From positions 11,408,001-11,472,000 of the forward strand of contig NC_092672.1 of NCBI RefSeq assembly GCF_964355755.1: a DNA stretch of 64,000 bases. The letters run 5' to 3'. Both the position numbers and the translations under genes were made by a program. The notes under the pieces were generated by a model. The model ran no database searches, had not been told where the DNA came from, and saw nothing but the letters and a program-made list of their open reading frames with translations. Shown piece by piece: positions 13,337-26,855 of the stretch. Source of the DNA: Antedon mediterranea (Eukaryota; Animalia; Echinodermata). How positions within the stretch are numbered: the first letter of the stretch is position 1; every line of letters starts with the position of its first letter.

Positions 13337-15406
13337 TAATACACTACAGAATATAAAACATTTGTAATCACTTTGAAAATTCTGTACAACCATCTATTTC
13401 ATATATTAAACTTACATATTTGTTCAAACATTTGTAAATTTTAAATTGATTGATGCTTTTTTGCAATCCTGAACATTGATTGATTGTCAAAGATTTGTAA
13501 ATTTATTTACTATACCAGATTGTGTTTCAATTTTTTAAATTTGTTGTTTTGTCATATTGGTTATACTGTTTTATAATGTTGACATCATTAATATTTTGAA
13601 GAATGAAACTTAATGTATTTTAAAGGAGACTTGAATTAAAATTCTGCATGTATTTTAATCTTGATATGACGGCATCAAGCACTCAAGTTTAGTTGATTAT
13701 CCTTGTTTAAATCCATGTGGATTATTGCTCATTCCAGCCTAACCAGTTTAAAGGAAATCATTCTCTCGTTAGCCACATTCAATGTAGTATTCAGCCAATT
13801 GCAATATGGTGCAAATTAACTATAACTTAGTAGAATGTAAGTATATCAATGTATATATAAATCAATAGAGGAACAAATATAAAAATCTAAATTAGTAAAA
13901 CAGCCAAAAAAATTATTTGCAACACTAACACTTCCTCAGTGCGAATGTATATATATAAACATCACAGGCACAGAATAAATTTTAAACCACCTGGTGATAT
14001 ACTGAAATTTAATTAATTAATTTGAAAAAAAAAGATGAGGAAATCTGTGAGATTGAGAAAAGTCACCCCAACTGAAATTCGAACCCGAACCTTCTAAATA
14101 TAATATGTATCAAAATTAAAATTCTGAATATTTATTTATATTTCAGATAAACAACATAAGATGAAAACAAAATTGTTATAAGCAAAATTACTAACTAGTA
14201 CTTAGTAACTGAAACAGTACAGTACTGTATATTTATTATTCAATCTGGTTCAACCCAAATCAAATTCACTGGCATTAGTTTATCAATATATTTATTTGCT
14301 GTGTTGTGAAATTGCAGTAGTCATAAAAATACAAATGCCAGTAAAACTTTGTCAGATTCATTAATCATTTCTGTGACTAAAATATCTCTCACTTCAAGTC
14401 TTTATCCAACAGAAACAACCTTCCCAATTTCTTACAGAGATAAGATTAGGTACTGAAATCGTAAACTATATTTAGGAAAGAACAATTACAGAGAAATCAG
14501 AGTGTGTTTGTGATATTGAGCAAAAGTATGGAGAGATTTAGACTGAGAATACCAATTTATCATAACTAAAATATTTCATCTACTATCTATAAGTGGTTAT
14601 ATGATTATTGGGAGATGCAAGTTGTGTATGCAGTAAAATAACATCATATTACAACCAGTTATCAACTAGTTTTCCTAAAATATCTTAATAAAATAATATA
14701 TTACTGTTTCTTATTCTCCTTCAATTATAATAGCGTCTGTTTTTGGTTGGTTTAATACACAATGTTTGGAAAGGGTTTATCACAAACATCATGTTATCAT
14801 TATGGTTGGACCATTTTCTTTATAATTCCTTTCCGATAATTGGTGAAGAATCTGTTATAAGCAAGACAAACTTATAAAACTTAGAATACATAAATGAAAT
14901 TTCTCACTGCACATTTGTAAAATGTTTACAAGATAGATGTATGACGTATATGTGTATAAATTCCATTTGAAATTGGGTGATTACACTTGACTGCGGAAAT
15001 CCACTATTATACTAATTTGTTTTGATCGCTTCGAGCTGGTTTCTTTTCATCCCCTCTATGAATATATTTGTAGTGATAATCATCACATGACCGTTTATTT
15101 AAAATTGGTGGGTCTATAAAAACAATAATTTAGATTGGTATTTAATTATTACCATCAAATATAATATTATTAACAATTTAAAAATAAAACTGCGAAAAGA
15201 AAATTCCAATTGTGTTGTAGTTGCCTGGTGCTTCATGAAAACCTGAGCTGGCCTCTGGAAGAGCTGTCCCCTCCCCCACAAACTCCCCCACCACCTCCTC
15301 CTCTTCAGTTGGGGAGGATTGACCATGGTCCTTATAAAAATTAAACAATTCCCTACTGAGTCCAGTCAGTACTTTCATATAGTGTAACATTGTGTGTAAA
15401 GTGTAA

Positions 15407-15503
15407 AGCAAATTTTCCACTAGGCGAATTTGTCTGCACAAATCGAAAGTGCCAGCTGACACTTTCGATTTGCGCAGACAAATTCGCCGAGTGGAAATCG
15501 GCT
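15407..15503. mobile_element. 97-bp palindromic mini-MITE (Harbinger-like)
   Basis: 15414-15497 is a spacer-less palindrome centred on CAG|CTG with about 3 mismatched pairs. TAA on both flanks (15404-15406, 15504-15506). Confidence 0.75.
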
Positions 15504-18500
15504 TAATATATATTAAATACAATAGCTAGAGGTGAAGTATTTTTATTTTAGTTTAGTATATCGGTAGGTACACTCATTCCATTGCAAAGCAAAATAGCAC
15601 TGCAAAATTTAAACTTGTATGCTAAATCTAAAGTTTTACTAATAAATTCAGTGCCCAATTTGTTGTTTGTGTAATACCAAGGGAACACATATCTATTGGC
15701 AAAAAACAGCTATTTCATGGAAACTGCCTGTAAAGTAGCTAACATTGAGAATATATCAACAGAAAGGCATATTATGAACAATATTTTGAATGTCAACATC
15801 CTCTCCACAGTCCATTTGAACTTATACAATCATTGCCATTTTTGACTTTTAACTTTACCATAATTCAACAACGTTTATCCATCACTTTAATCGGTTATTT
15901 GCATTTGTCAATTTAAATTTTCATCTTATATAAAATTTCGTATTTTTTATATAAATAAATTTATGTTATTATGTAACATTGTCTGCTTTAATAATCGTTT
16001 TACTTCGGTGTCTGTTTTAAGTTTATTTTGAGGATAACCATACTGAACAAGATTTTAGAAATGAGTACTTTTTTATATAATTTTGCCATTTAGTTGTAAT
16101 CTAATTGAATGACAATTTTACTAGTAGATTTTCCACTTTGCATTAGCTTTCAATCTTTCAGCACTCTATATCAACCACATAATATAAAGAAGACAATTTA
16201 ACATCATCATGAAATGAGGGCAGTAAATAATAAGTTTCTTTTTTTTTTTAAGAAAAAAATCAAAAAAATCACTAATTTTGTTTTTCAATTGTAAGTTCCA
16301 AATTTATTCACTCATTTAAGTCTGAATTTTGAAAACTGTTCTCCCTTTTAACAATGATATAATTTGCGAAGTTCGTTTACTACATGGTATCTTTTTTAGG
16401 AGTATTTCTCCATTTTCCTAGTAAGGCAGGCGATGACCTGGAGTTTGTGACATTCTTTGTACAATATTAAAATTTATTGATTAAAGAATGAATATACCTA
16501 TATATTATCGGATATTTGATGAATATCAACTAATAAAAAACACCTTTTTCTCTCAAAAGTTCCATATATATATATATATATATTTTAACTTTAGTATAAG
16601 TTGTGCCGACACATTCACATCAATTGATGTTGAGTAAAGTACTGTTTACCACTAGGAAAACTTTATTTGCACAAATTTTAAAAGCGTTGATTTATGTACA
16701 AGCATACTCAGTTTTCCATCTACTTTTTATTTTACTCAAAGTCAGACAGTTTTGATTTAAAACATTTTTATAGTGTTAAAATCAAATTCTGATTTATAAA
16801 CAAAATGAATCTATTTTTCAATGAAAGATCATCTAGTGTATATTCAATGCGTCAGGCTTTGAACACAGTTTTGCAGTGTGCCAAAAAAATCGCCTAGTAA
16901 AATACTGGCTTTAGTCAGACTTACATTCTCTTTAGTTTCTCTCACTTTCATACAAATGTGATGTATGGGTATCAATTTCCTATGATAAATATTCCATTTA
17001 TGTAGACAGCACTGCTAAAGAGGTGTTTGACCCCTTATGTATATCTGTGTAATGAAAAATTATATTCATGTGTGTATCTTTTCTAGCTATGTACAAATCT
17101 ATGATGTTGAGAAATTTTGTAATTACTAAACATTGTTAAGTGTCAACCCCTGAGCAAAAAAAAGATTAAATGTTTGGTTTTTTTAAGTCACTGTAAAAAA
17201 ACAGTCATCGGAATAATTATGGTCAAATCAACATTAAATCCACACCACAAAAACTATGATTCAATGTCTTCAACTACAATAGAGGTGTCAACACTGCAAA
17301 CGCAATCAAAGGCATCACAACTAATGTGTGTTTTGGCCAATTAAAGTACACCATTTTGCAGAATACATTAATTATAAACTATATGATACAAATGCATTAA
17401 TACCATTAATATGTTAAAATTATAGCAATTTTGTGTATGTAAAAATGCTGAAAATGTTCTAATTCTTCACAATTCTTTACAAAAGACTTCTTAAATTAAT
17501 TATGCAAAACAAATTGAGTAGGCCTACACTTGACAAGTTTCACCAAAAGTAATTTTATATTAAATTTTGATCAATCTAATTGACTAAATAATCAAATAAT
17601 GAATTGCAATAATTAACACAGTTATTTTGAGCATTACTTAAATTTTAGGTGTGTTTTAAGTATTTTCCTAAAGACATTATATGCATGCTTCATACTCTGT
17701 ACAGATAAAGTTACACAATTTGAATAAGACTGTACATAATTGTGGATATCTTCTCCTACTTTAACATGGTTATAAATTCACTGAAAAATGATGAGAATTG
17801 TGTGTAACCTGATCTCCCATGAGATGGCAACGGGAATGAATGTTTGATTTTCGTTACAGCATAATTGGTCATCTGCACGGTTTTGTCCCGCTTAATATTG
17901 CGTGACTCAGCTCTTATTCTTATTTATCATTTTTATTGGCCTCTCTATGATTTGGTCATTTGTACATTATTATCTCCTTGCCTTTAATTAACCAGCTAGT
18001 TATTTTCGATTGTATTGTTGCAGAAAAAAAAAATCTAAAAAACCTTGGACTCTAATGATTAGTTTGCGTATATTGATTATGAATTAGACAATAGACAATT
18101 TTCTGTAATCAAAAAGATGAAATGTGAATAATGGATGCTTATGAGTTGAAAGGAGAGAACATTTTCATGAGTTCAACGAGACGAAATTGAGTTTTATAGG
18201 ACAGTCAGACTTTCATTATTTGTTTTATAACACACCTACTGGCTAGACAAAGGTTGATCATTAAAAATAAAATTTAGGCTAAATAGTAGCTTGAAAGTTT
18301 GCACTTGCTAATGTTGAGCATTGACAACCTAGCCACTTGCAGTTCAAATTTTAACGCAGTCAAATTAAAGTTGCCAAGTGGAGAAAGAAGTTTTATTTAC
18401 ATTGTGAAATGTTCATAATGGTACGAAACGTTTAATATATATGTACTGTAACACACATAATTCATACTAACAAACCCTTGCTATACAACTTTAGTTTAAT

Positions 18501-20971
18501 ATGAAAACTATCAGGACAGTGATTAGGTTTCCTGCTGACAATCCTTCTCAATGAACCTAAAAATAAATAGTTCGATAAAATTTTCCCATTTTACTTGTTT
18601 ATCCTAGCATTTAAGCAATAATAAGCTAAATGCTCATTTCAGGTCATTATTCAACGGATCATAACATTCCAAATGCTATCCGTATGTTCTATTTTTTAGT
18701 GGATCCACATTCAAGAGGATTTACTATCGACAATCATTTCCTAAACTTATTATAGGAGCATTAGATATGATCATAATCCAGGATTTCTGATTTTTACATT
18801 ACATTTGGCGTAAACAAAATTTGGATTTAGCACAGTTCAATGACTTGTCAAAGTAATGATAAACCAAATATTAAATTAGTATTTGTTATTTTTATTCAAT
18901 TAGTTATAATTGTCACCAATAAGGCCATATTGTATTTATAAGCAAAAAAAAAAGAAAAAAAAAGTGTAATAAAAAACAAGACATATAATTAGTATTTTTA
19001 TAAATGATAAAGACATAAATATAATTAAAATGTGAAAAAAAATTAAGGCCATTATCTCTATAATCCAAAAAAAAGGATGTTTTGTACATTTGCTCGTGTT
19101 TATTTAAACGACAGGAATAATATATTCAATGACAGTTTTTAATGAATGATAAACACATGGAATTATGTAACATTCCTAACTTTTTTTTGCAATTTTTTTT
19201 TCCTGAGAGGTCTGTAAACACTAACAATATAAAAATACATGGCATACAGTATTATAACTTAATAAAAATACTAAATGTAATAGAATCATTTTTTTGTCAG
19301 AGTTATTATAAAATGCTGATTATAAGGTGAACTCTTTTAATTATTATTTTAACAACATTTGTTGAAAGATAAGAAGCATGGTAAATTATACAAAATTATT
19401 ACAAAATAGAGACAATGTTGAACATATGATAGCTGCTATTAGATCAGTTTGATTCTCATAAATGTTAAAAGTCTCTCTTTCACAGAACAAAGTGAATTCT
19501 CATCAGCTGCAGTATTCTGAGGGACTTTTATTTTGATCTTTGTAATTAACTGTCTTTTAGAGATGTCAGCTTTGCAAATTTTTGATCTTTCAACATTGAT
19601 TTATACTGTTTTGTAGAAGTAAACTACATACTTGTATATCTGACATGGATTATTTGCATATTTGCATTGAAACTTTAAATGAGATGTAAGGTGACACAAC
19701 ATGCCATTACATACATTCTATTAATTTCATTAAGATTTATAGTATTAAAATTAAAAAAAAAAGTATCATCTTCAAATAAATTAAATATGATTTCATATAG
19801 TACAGCCCCTCCTTAGAGACACCTATTAACTTTCTTGTGAAAGTGGGTACGTTTAACACTATGGTCAACCTCTATTTAGGGGACACAACCTATTAAAAAG
19901 ACAGCTGGGTCCTGATATGGTTTATGATATGGAAGTTCTACTGTGTAATTTCATTAAATACTTTATTCATGGAATGCCCACTTTTTATATTCTGAGTTTT
20001 TCATAATAATTTCTTTAATTACAAATTTCATGATGTCAACTTTTAAATTATGTATTAATTAGGCATATAGAGATTGACGTGTACAAATTATGTTTACATT
20101 TCACAAAACAATGAAGTATTGTACAGAGCAACTGTGAATGAGAGTGATGGAGGGGGACTCAATTGTAGTTTTGTCAGCCTAGCAAGACCTACGTTATACG
20201 TATGTAAAACCATTATTCTTGCATTATATGGGTAGTGAAGGTAGCATTTGGAGAAAGACTGTTCTTATAAATATACTAAAAATTGGGTTAGTAAAAGCCA
20301 TAACATGTGAGAATGCATCTCTTTAATCCTCTTCCATGCAAGATTATCTCGTTCGATGATGGATCAAAATCTAATCACACCAAGATGGAAAAATAATCCG
20401 CAGCATCTAAAAGTTTAGTGCATGAAGATGATTTGAGACGGACAACGGAAAATGAGCAGACTAGAAAATGTTATAAGAGAGACAGACTATAGACAGTCGG
20501 CAAAGATTAAAATTTTTTGATGAAGATTCTCTCGATAGTAATGTCATACTGCATATAATTATACAATAATAAAATATCTATGGTATATTCTATTGCTATT
20601 TGAACTCATTCAACAAAATAGTTTATGTGAACATTTTTAATAAGTAGAATTGAATATTTTTCATAAAAGTGATGGAAAATTAGGCCTACTTTTCGCATCA
20701 GATACTTGCCAATTATTACATAATTACAGGTAATACTTTGCCATACTTTCTAATGGTTTATTAATAAGGGTTAAGAATTGGCACTGTTTTAGTTGTGATA
20801 AAGTGGTTAGTACTTGAACAGATTTGAACCCTGAGAAGATTAGTATACAAAATATTTGAATAGAGAAAAATTTTGTTTATTCTATAACACACCTACTGTT
20901 CTAAAGTAATAAATATTGTATCTAGTTAACTCAGCGGTTCCATCCTGAACCAAGTTTTGAAGACCAGTCCA

Positions 20972-21290
20972 TTACCTTGATTTACCTTGATTTACCTTTC
21001 TCTCTTGGACATCTAAAGCAATGCTTGTGTGTCCCTCCGGTATATTCTATTATATGTTCTATCATATGGGGTAAACTTGAGTGGGTGGTGTTTCCAAAAC
21101 TTTTCTAGTCGGTTTTTAAATTGATTAACATTTGCAGCTTCTATTACGGTACATCCTGATGCAAGTTGTTCCATGTGTCGATAACAGAGTTGGTAAAATA
21201 TCATTAAATGAGTACGAGGTTGACTAATTTTCAAAGAGTGTCCTCTGGTTCTAGATTTAGTGCTTAACCTAAAAAAATCCTCATTATTAC
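20972..21290 (-). mobile_element. 3' fragment of a CR1-like LINE
   Basis: The minus strand reads ..SRTRGHSLKI.. and ..VIEAANVNQFKNRLEKFW.., typical CR1 ORF2 C-terminal motifs. It ends in a tandem (AAGGTAAATC)n tail at 20972-20998. Confidence 0.8.
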
Positions 21291-23169
21291 ATTTAGTAAA
21301 ACCGTAGAAAAAAAATGTTTCCGTTCATATAGTGGCCAAGGAGTAGAGCTGTTGTAGACAACATACTCTACAGGTTGGTTTTCAATTGTGCATCACATAC
21401 AATCTCAAAATGTTTGCAGAAACCTGAATGTGCAATTTATCTGTAAAGGTGAGCATGGATCCAATGAAATAAAGCTGTGTATTATAAATAAATGTAATGC
21501 AATTTAATATATTTAAATGCTAATGATAGAATAGAAAAGATTAAGGTTAAGTGTTTTTTTTTTAGCATCACAAAAAAATCTCTGGTTGCAAAGTAAGCAA
21601 CATTTTCATTCTCCCTTTACGGGAAAAAAACACCCAACGTATTTTCTTATTTTAAGTTATTGCCAACATTTGTCTGGATATGCTCTGTTAGTAGATGGAT
21701 TTTTAAATCCTAAAGCTATTTCAATTTCAGCTTATGGAATGTTAGCAATATCTTAAAATGAGTACACACATGGTGTACATTCTTAAGTATTCAAAAGAAT
21801 CTGTGCATATAGATTGGCAACAAAGGATTGACCATATATAACCATGTATAATTCCATGCCCGAATATATTCCCACTCCCTAATTTATGCTAAATTTGTAC
21901 ACAAGACTTTGGTTTAAAATGTTATTGTCATTCCAATCTGAGTATATGTTCCTAAATTAAATTTGTTTTTCACTGGAATTAATTCTATTAATTATTAAAC
22001 TTACTGCGTCTAATTTTAACTATGCACATTCATTCACGTAAAACATTTCCACTACACATTTTCAGTTTGACTTCATGTCTGAGTGCCGATATGCATGACT
22101 GCTCATGAATCCACTCAAACACATTTATTTATATTTAAAAAAAAATAAATATAAACTTGAAAAAAAAAAGTATTAATTTTGCTATAGCATTAAAATACTA
22201 GACTTTTTTTGTAGAAAGGAATTTATCTAATGAATATATGAAAAGAAACTAATGCTTTAAATTCCCGCAAACAGATTAACCTAGTGGTCTAATAACTTAA
22301 ACTAAATTTTACTAAGAATATAAGTTAAATATGTTATTCTTCATATTGTAAATGTTGTACAGTTCATCTTAACCTCGCCTCCTTAATCTAATTTTCTCCA
22401 TTATTTTTTCCTCATTTCCTCAGTGATGAACTTGCCCTTGATATTGAGAAAGTGAGAATGAAAATCGTTAACATACCAGCGTACACATAAAATGTAAAAA
22501 TGCATATCGTACCCAATATATGAGACACTAAGCTACCGAATGGTAATGAAACAAAATTGAAAAGCTTTTACCAAATTAGAGATATGTCTCAATGTTATTT
22601 GTTTATAAAAATTAAAGATCGTTGGCAATATTTTGAATGCATTTTGAGTACATGAGAGTGAAGGAGATAAAAAGAGTCATATATAATATCTCTACATTGT
22701 AAATAAAATAATATAGAAATGTTTTACGTAATGCAATTGTTGAAGCTCTTTAATTGATTGTCGTATTTTATGGCAAATGTATTTGTTATTCTATATTGAA
22801 TTGTGCTATATGTTTTATATATAATGGATATCTATAAATATTTTGAGATCATTTTCTTAGGATAGATTGTTTAGAAATACAAATAATACAGTATCCTACT
22901 AAAAATAATGTTCCATTTTAATAAGATACATTTCAATGTATTCGAAATTTGTAATTGTAGATGTATTTTTATTTTCTTATATAGTAGTCTTGTTTTCATT
23001 CTGTGCAGATTTGTTATAATGAATACTCAAATTTGATCTGTATACAAATTTCAGAGAAAAAGAGAAACAAAGTCTATGAAAAAATAAGTTAATTAGAAAC
23101 TTTCACAAGGAAGGGGTTATACAGTGAGGGAAGGAATAATGAAGTTAAAGTGAAGAACAATTCTCATAT

Positions 23170-23965
23170 ATGAAAGAAAATGGAAGGGGATGCATTCATT
23201 AGAAGAAGATATAATAAAGGAGATAAGGGTGCAATAAAGAAAGAAGGGGAAATGTATTTAAAAGAAGAAAGAATACATTCAAGGTGAAGAAAATATATTA
23301 ATGAAGAGGAGAGTACTTTCAAGGAAAGAAGGGTACATTAGAGGAGAATGAGGGGAGAGAACATTGAAGAAGAGAAAATACATTTAAGGAGAAAAGAGTA
23401 CATTGAAGTAGAGAGAATACATTAAAGGAGATGAAAATACATTAAAGGAAAGAAGGATTTATTAAAGGAGAGGAGAGTACATTGAAAGAAAGAAGGATAC
23501 ATGGAAAGAGAGGAGAGTACATTGAAGAAGAGAAGAATACATGAAAAAAAAAGGAGAGTACATTGAAGGAGAGAAGGCTACATGAAAAGAGAGGGCCCGG
23601 GAGTACATTGACGGAGAGAAGGATACATTAAAAAAGAGGAGAGTATATTGAAAGAAAGAAGGGTACATTAAAAGAGAGGAGAGTACATTGATGGAGAGAG
23701 AATACATTAAAGAAGAGGAGAGTATATTGAAAGAAAGAAGGGTTCATTAAAAGAGAGGAGAGTACATTGACGGAGAGAGAATATATTAAAGAAGCGGAGA
23801 GTATATTGAAAGAAAGAAGGGTACATTAAAAGAGAGGAGAGCACATTGACAGAGAGAGAATAAGGGAGAAGGGAATATATTATTGGAGAGGAGGGGAGTA
23901 CTTTAAAGAAGAGGGGAGTACATTAAAGAGAGTGGGAATACATTAGAGGAGAGAGTACATCAGAG
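23170..23965 (+). repeat. Purine-rich ~21-bp minisatellite
   Basis: Units such as GAGAGGAGAGTACATTGAAAG recur about every 21 bp, anchored on TACATT. A 63-bp trimer pattern is visible at ~23620-23850. Confidence 0.85.
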
Positions 23966-25574
23966 GGCAGAGAATATCCTACATACACAACTTTTATTGT
24001 AGTTTTTGTTTGTATCTGTTCAAGGTGAAGTTCATGCATAAGTGAAGTATGAACTATTCTACTATGTATAGCACACTTAATGTACATAATGTTAATTTGA
24101 AACATAACTCAATTTCCTTGTCATTTATCATTTTGTCTGTTTTTATTATAGAAATAAATGTCAGGAACACATCCATTTTACCTATTCTTAATATATTTGG
24201 AAACCTATAACTTATGTATTGGTAAATGAACTGCATCAATCAATTGGCTGTATAGTTTGTTTGTTTTTTTGGTTAAAAGTGCAATTTAGTTATTCAGCAC
24301 TTGTCATGTTGTTATAGTTGACACTCTCAGGGCTTAATAAAATTTTCTCCCTCAAGCCCATGGGCTTGTAAGGTATACCGTAATGTGTTGTTATGTCCCA
24401 TTCATGAATAAAATTTAAGTAAATAACATGAAACAAACTCTATATGCCTACAAATGATTCTTTCAGTAATTATAACTTTCAAAATCCCATCAGGCATGGA
24501 GAAGATGTTTACCAGAAATAATATCTATACTAAAAAATAGGATAATCGCATAACCTATGTTGATTGTCAAGCTTTTTTTTAAACAATTTTATTTTTATTT
24601 CTGCCATTGATCACATTCAATAGAGCATTCACCTTGCATTTCTTCCATTTTCTTCTGTATCTTCTTGCTTAGAAAATCATCTTCAGAAAGTTTTTCCTTT
24701 TAATAATTATGATGTACCGTATAATACTATAGTGCACAAAATAGACACAATTTCAAACGTAAATATTTAAAAAAAAATTGTTCTAGATTATAAATCATCC
24801 ACATTTTAATTTGTTTTTAAATCAATGGACCATAAGACAAGAACTAGTACATTCTTATTAACAGGCATCTGGTAAACTTTAATATTTTTCTATGTCAACA
24901 TAATTTAGAAAGTATAATATACAGTGGTGTTTTTTCTTCAATTACAAACAAAAATGAAATTGCCAGGCCTTGAATATTACGACCCACATCTTGACATCAA
25001 CACACTCAATGCTAATTTTGTAATTGACTCATAACAATTTTAAGATATAATAAAACAATAAAACAAAATCAATCCTTTTATGTGGCGTCTTCACAATCCT
25101 GGCAATAAATCATATTTCAGAAGGGAAAGGCTCATTAAATCTTAAACACTTTTATTTCTTCCCAGATTTGAGGTGATGATTGCAGGTTTGAAAATTTATT
25201 TGAAATTTTTAACAAGCTGAAACAAATATGATATACGAGCAGTGTTTGCTCAATCTCAGCTGTTGTTTACGTGGACTGTTGCTGAAATTGTTAGATTGCT
25301 TTCCAATATATGCTAAAACGAGAAATTATATACCGTATTTGAATGTAAAGAAGATGGATGATAAACATTCATACAGTAGAACATTTTTGTTATTTAAATT
25401 TTGCGATTTAAAGAGAATAAAAGTGATTTGGGAACCTAATGATCTGTTAAGTAAAACATTTATTGTCCTATTTGATAAATTCAATTAAAATTTACAATAA
25501 TGTAATTGATTTCTGAAGAATAATTAATTAATAATTTAAAAATATCAACATACACAGCGAATGTATGGTCATCA

Positions 25575-25808
25575 TTTTTTTTTTTTTTTTTTTTTTTACC
25601 ACCATATTTAAAGAGGGCGATCCATCCAGCAATTGCTGATCATTAGGGACCTCAGAGGTTCACAAGACAAACATATATACAAGATGCTCTACATAAACAA
25701 AGTCTTATTACAAGTCTTTGGGAGTGGAGTTATCCTGACATGTGACGGGACTTGAACCCAGGACCCTTGGAGTGGTAGCCAAGCATCATAACCACCAAGC
25801 CACAACTC
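25575..25808 (-). mobile_element. tRNA-derived SINE, family S1 copy 1, with poly(A) tail
   Basis: The minus strand has A-box TGGCTTGGTGG, B-box GGTTCAAGTCC, a body shared with 51985-52140, and a 23-nt poly(A) (plus-strand T run 25575-25597). Confidence 0.85.
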
Positions 25809-26669
25809 AACTCAATGTGGGTAGACAGTTGGTAAATCTGAAAATGAATCTAGGCCCTTTGAGAGATAGTTGATGACAGTGGTTGTATGTATTGTCCACA
25901 TTGTTTAATCAACGGCTTAGGTTATTCGTTCGTTCGTTATTCTAATTAGTGCTTCCTCATACCATGTTGAAATTGAGTAGAATTCAATGTGACCACATGA
26001 AAGTTCAGTGGTCTAAATAAAGAATCACTATAATTGGCTATTAAAATCGTACTTCACATCCCACTTATGCTGTCTAATACTGTTTAAAGATCTTTTAACC
26101 CACTCCATGTTAGCACCAACCCTATTTATAGACAACTCTGCTTATTAAATGAATCTTCATAAATTATGTTGCTCTTAACAATGTGTACAGTGTGTGATCA
26201 GATTTCTGCACCTTGCATCAGTTGTATCAACAGACTTTTAAACCTGTCAAACATGAATGGGGATACATTATGGTATTCTTAATTTCATCTTTATATTAGA
26301 GAACATGCGTGGGCAGATTACCTATTTCATATTGTATGGTCTAAGAATAGGAATACAGAATATCATGTTCAGTTAATAATTTTCTAATAATGTCTATCAC
26401 TACACCGTGTCAAATTACTCATTTACTTGATGAGATCTACCATGATTGGAATCAATCATAACCACCATACCATGGTGGTTGTTGTACGTGTAATGATTTA
26501 AAGCTTGGATCTGCACCCAAGCCTTAGATATTATAATATTTCATTTTTGTGATTACAACATTTCTTGTAAATTTGTAATAATAACTGTTTTAATTAGTGG
26601 TTGACAAAAAAAGTTGAAAATATACAAAATGCAATGCAATCAGGTGGTCAAATGTTCTACAACTGTGTC

Positions 26670-26855
26670 AAACCAAAGTTGCACAGTGATAGGTAACCGG
26701 TTAAATGGCATTCTAACGCCAAATCGTTTGAGTATTTAAACCATTATATACTATTATTATTGTTCACACTTCCATTTAGCTAATTATTACTACTTCCAAG
26801 AAATTGGAGTTAATTTATTCACACTGTTAATAATCGGTTATTTTTTTTACAGATG
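26670..26855 (-). mobile_element. Highly degraded fragment of the 41930-43535 Harbinger-like family
   Basis: AAGTTGCACAGTGATAGGTAACCGGTTAAATGGCATTCTAACGCC resembles the reverse complement of ~42100-42140. Confidence 0.4.

Noticed and set aside
19800-19945. GGGACAC / TTCTACTG-type remnants (also ~12200-12290 and ~49980-50110)
   Set aside because: Probably old Tc1/pogo-like MITE debris, but paired ends and target duplications cannot be defined.
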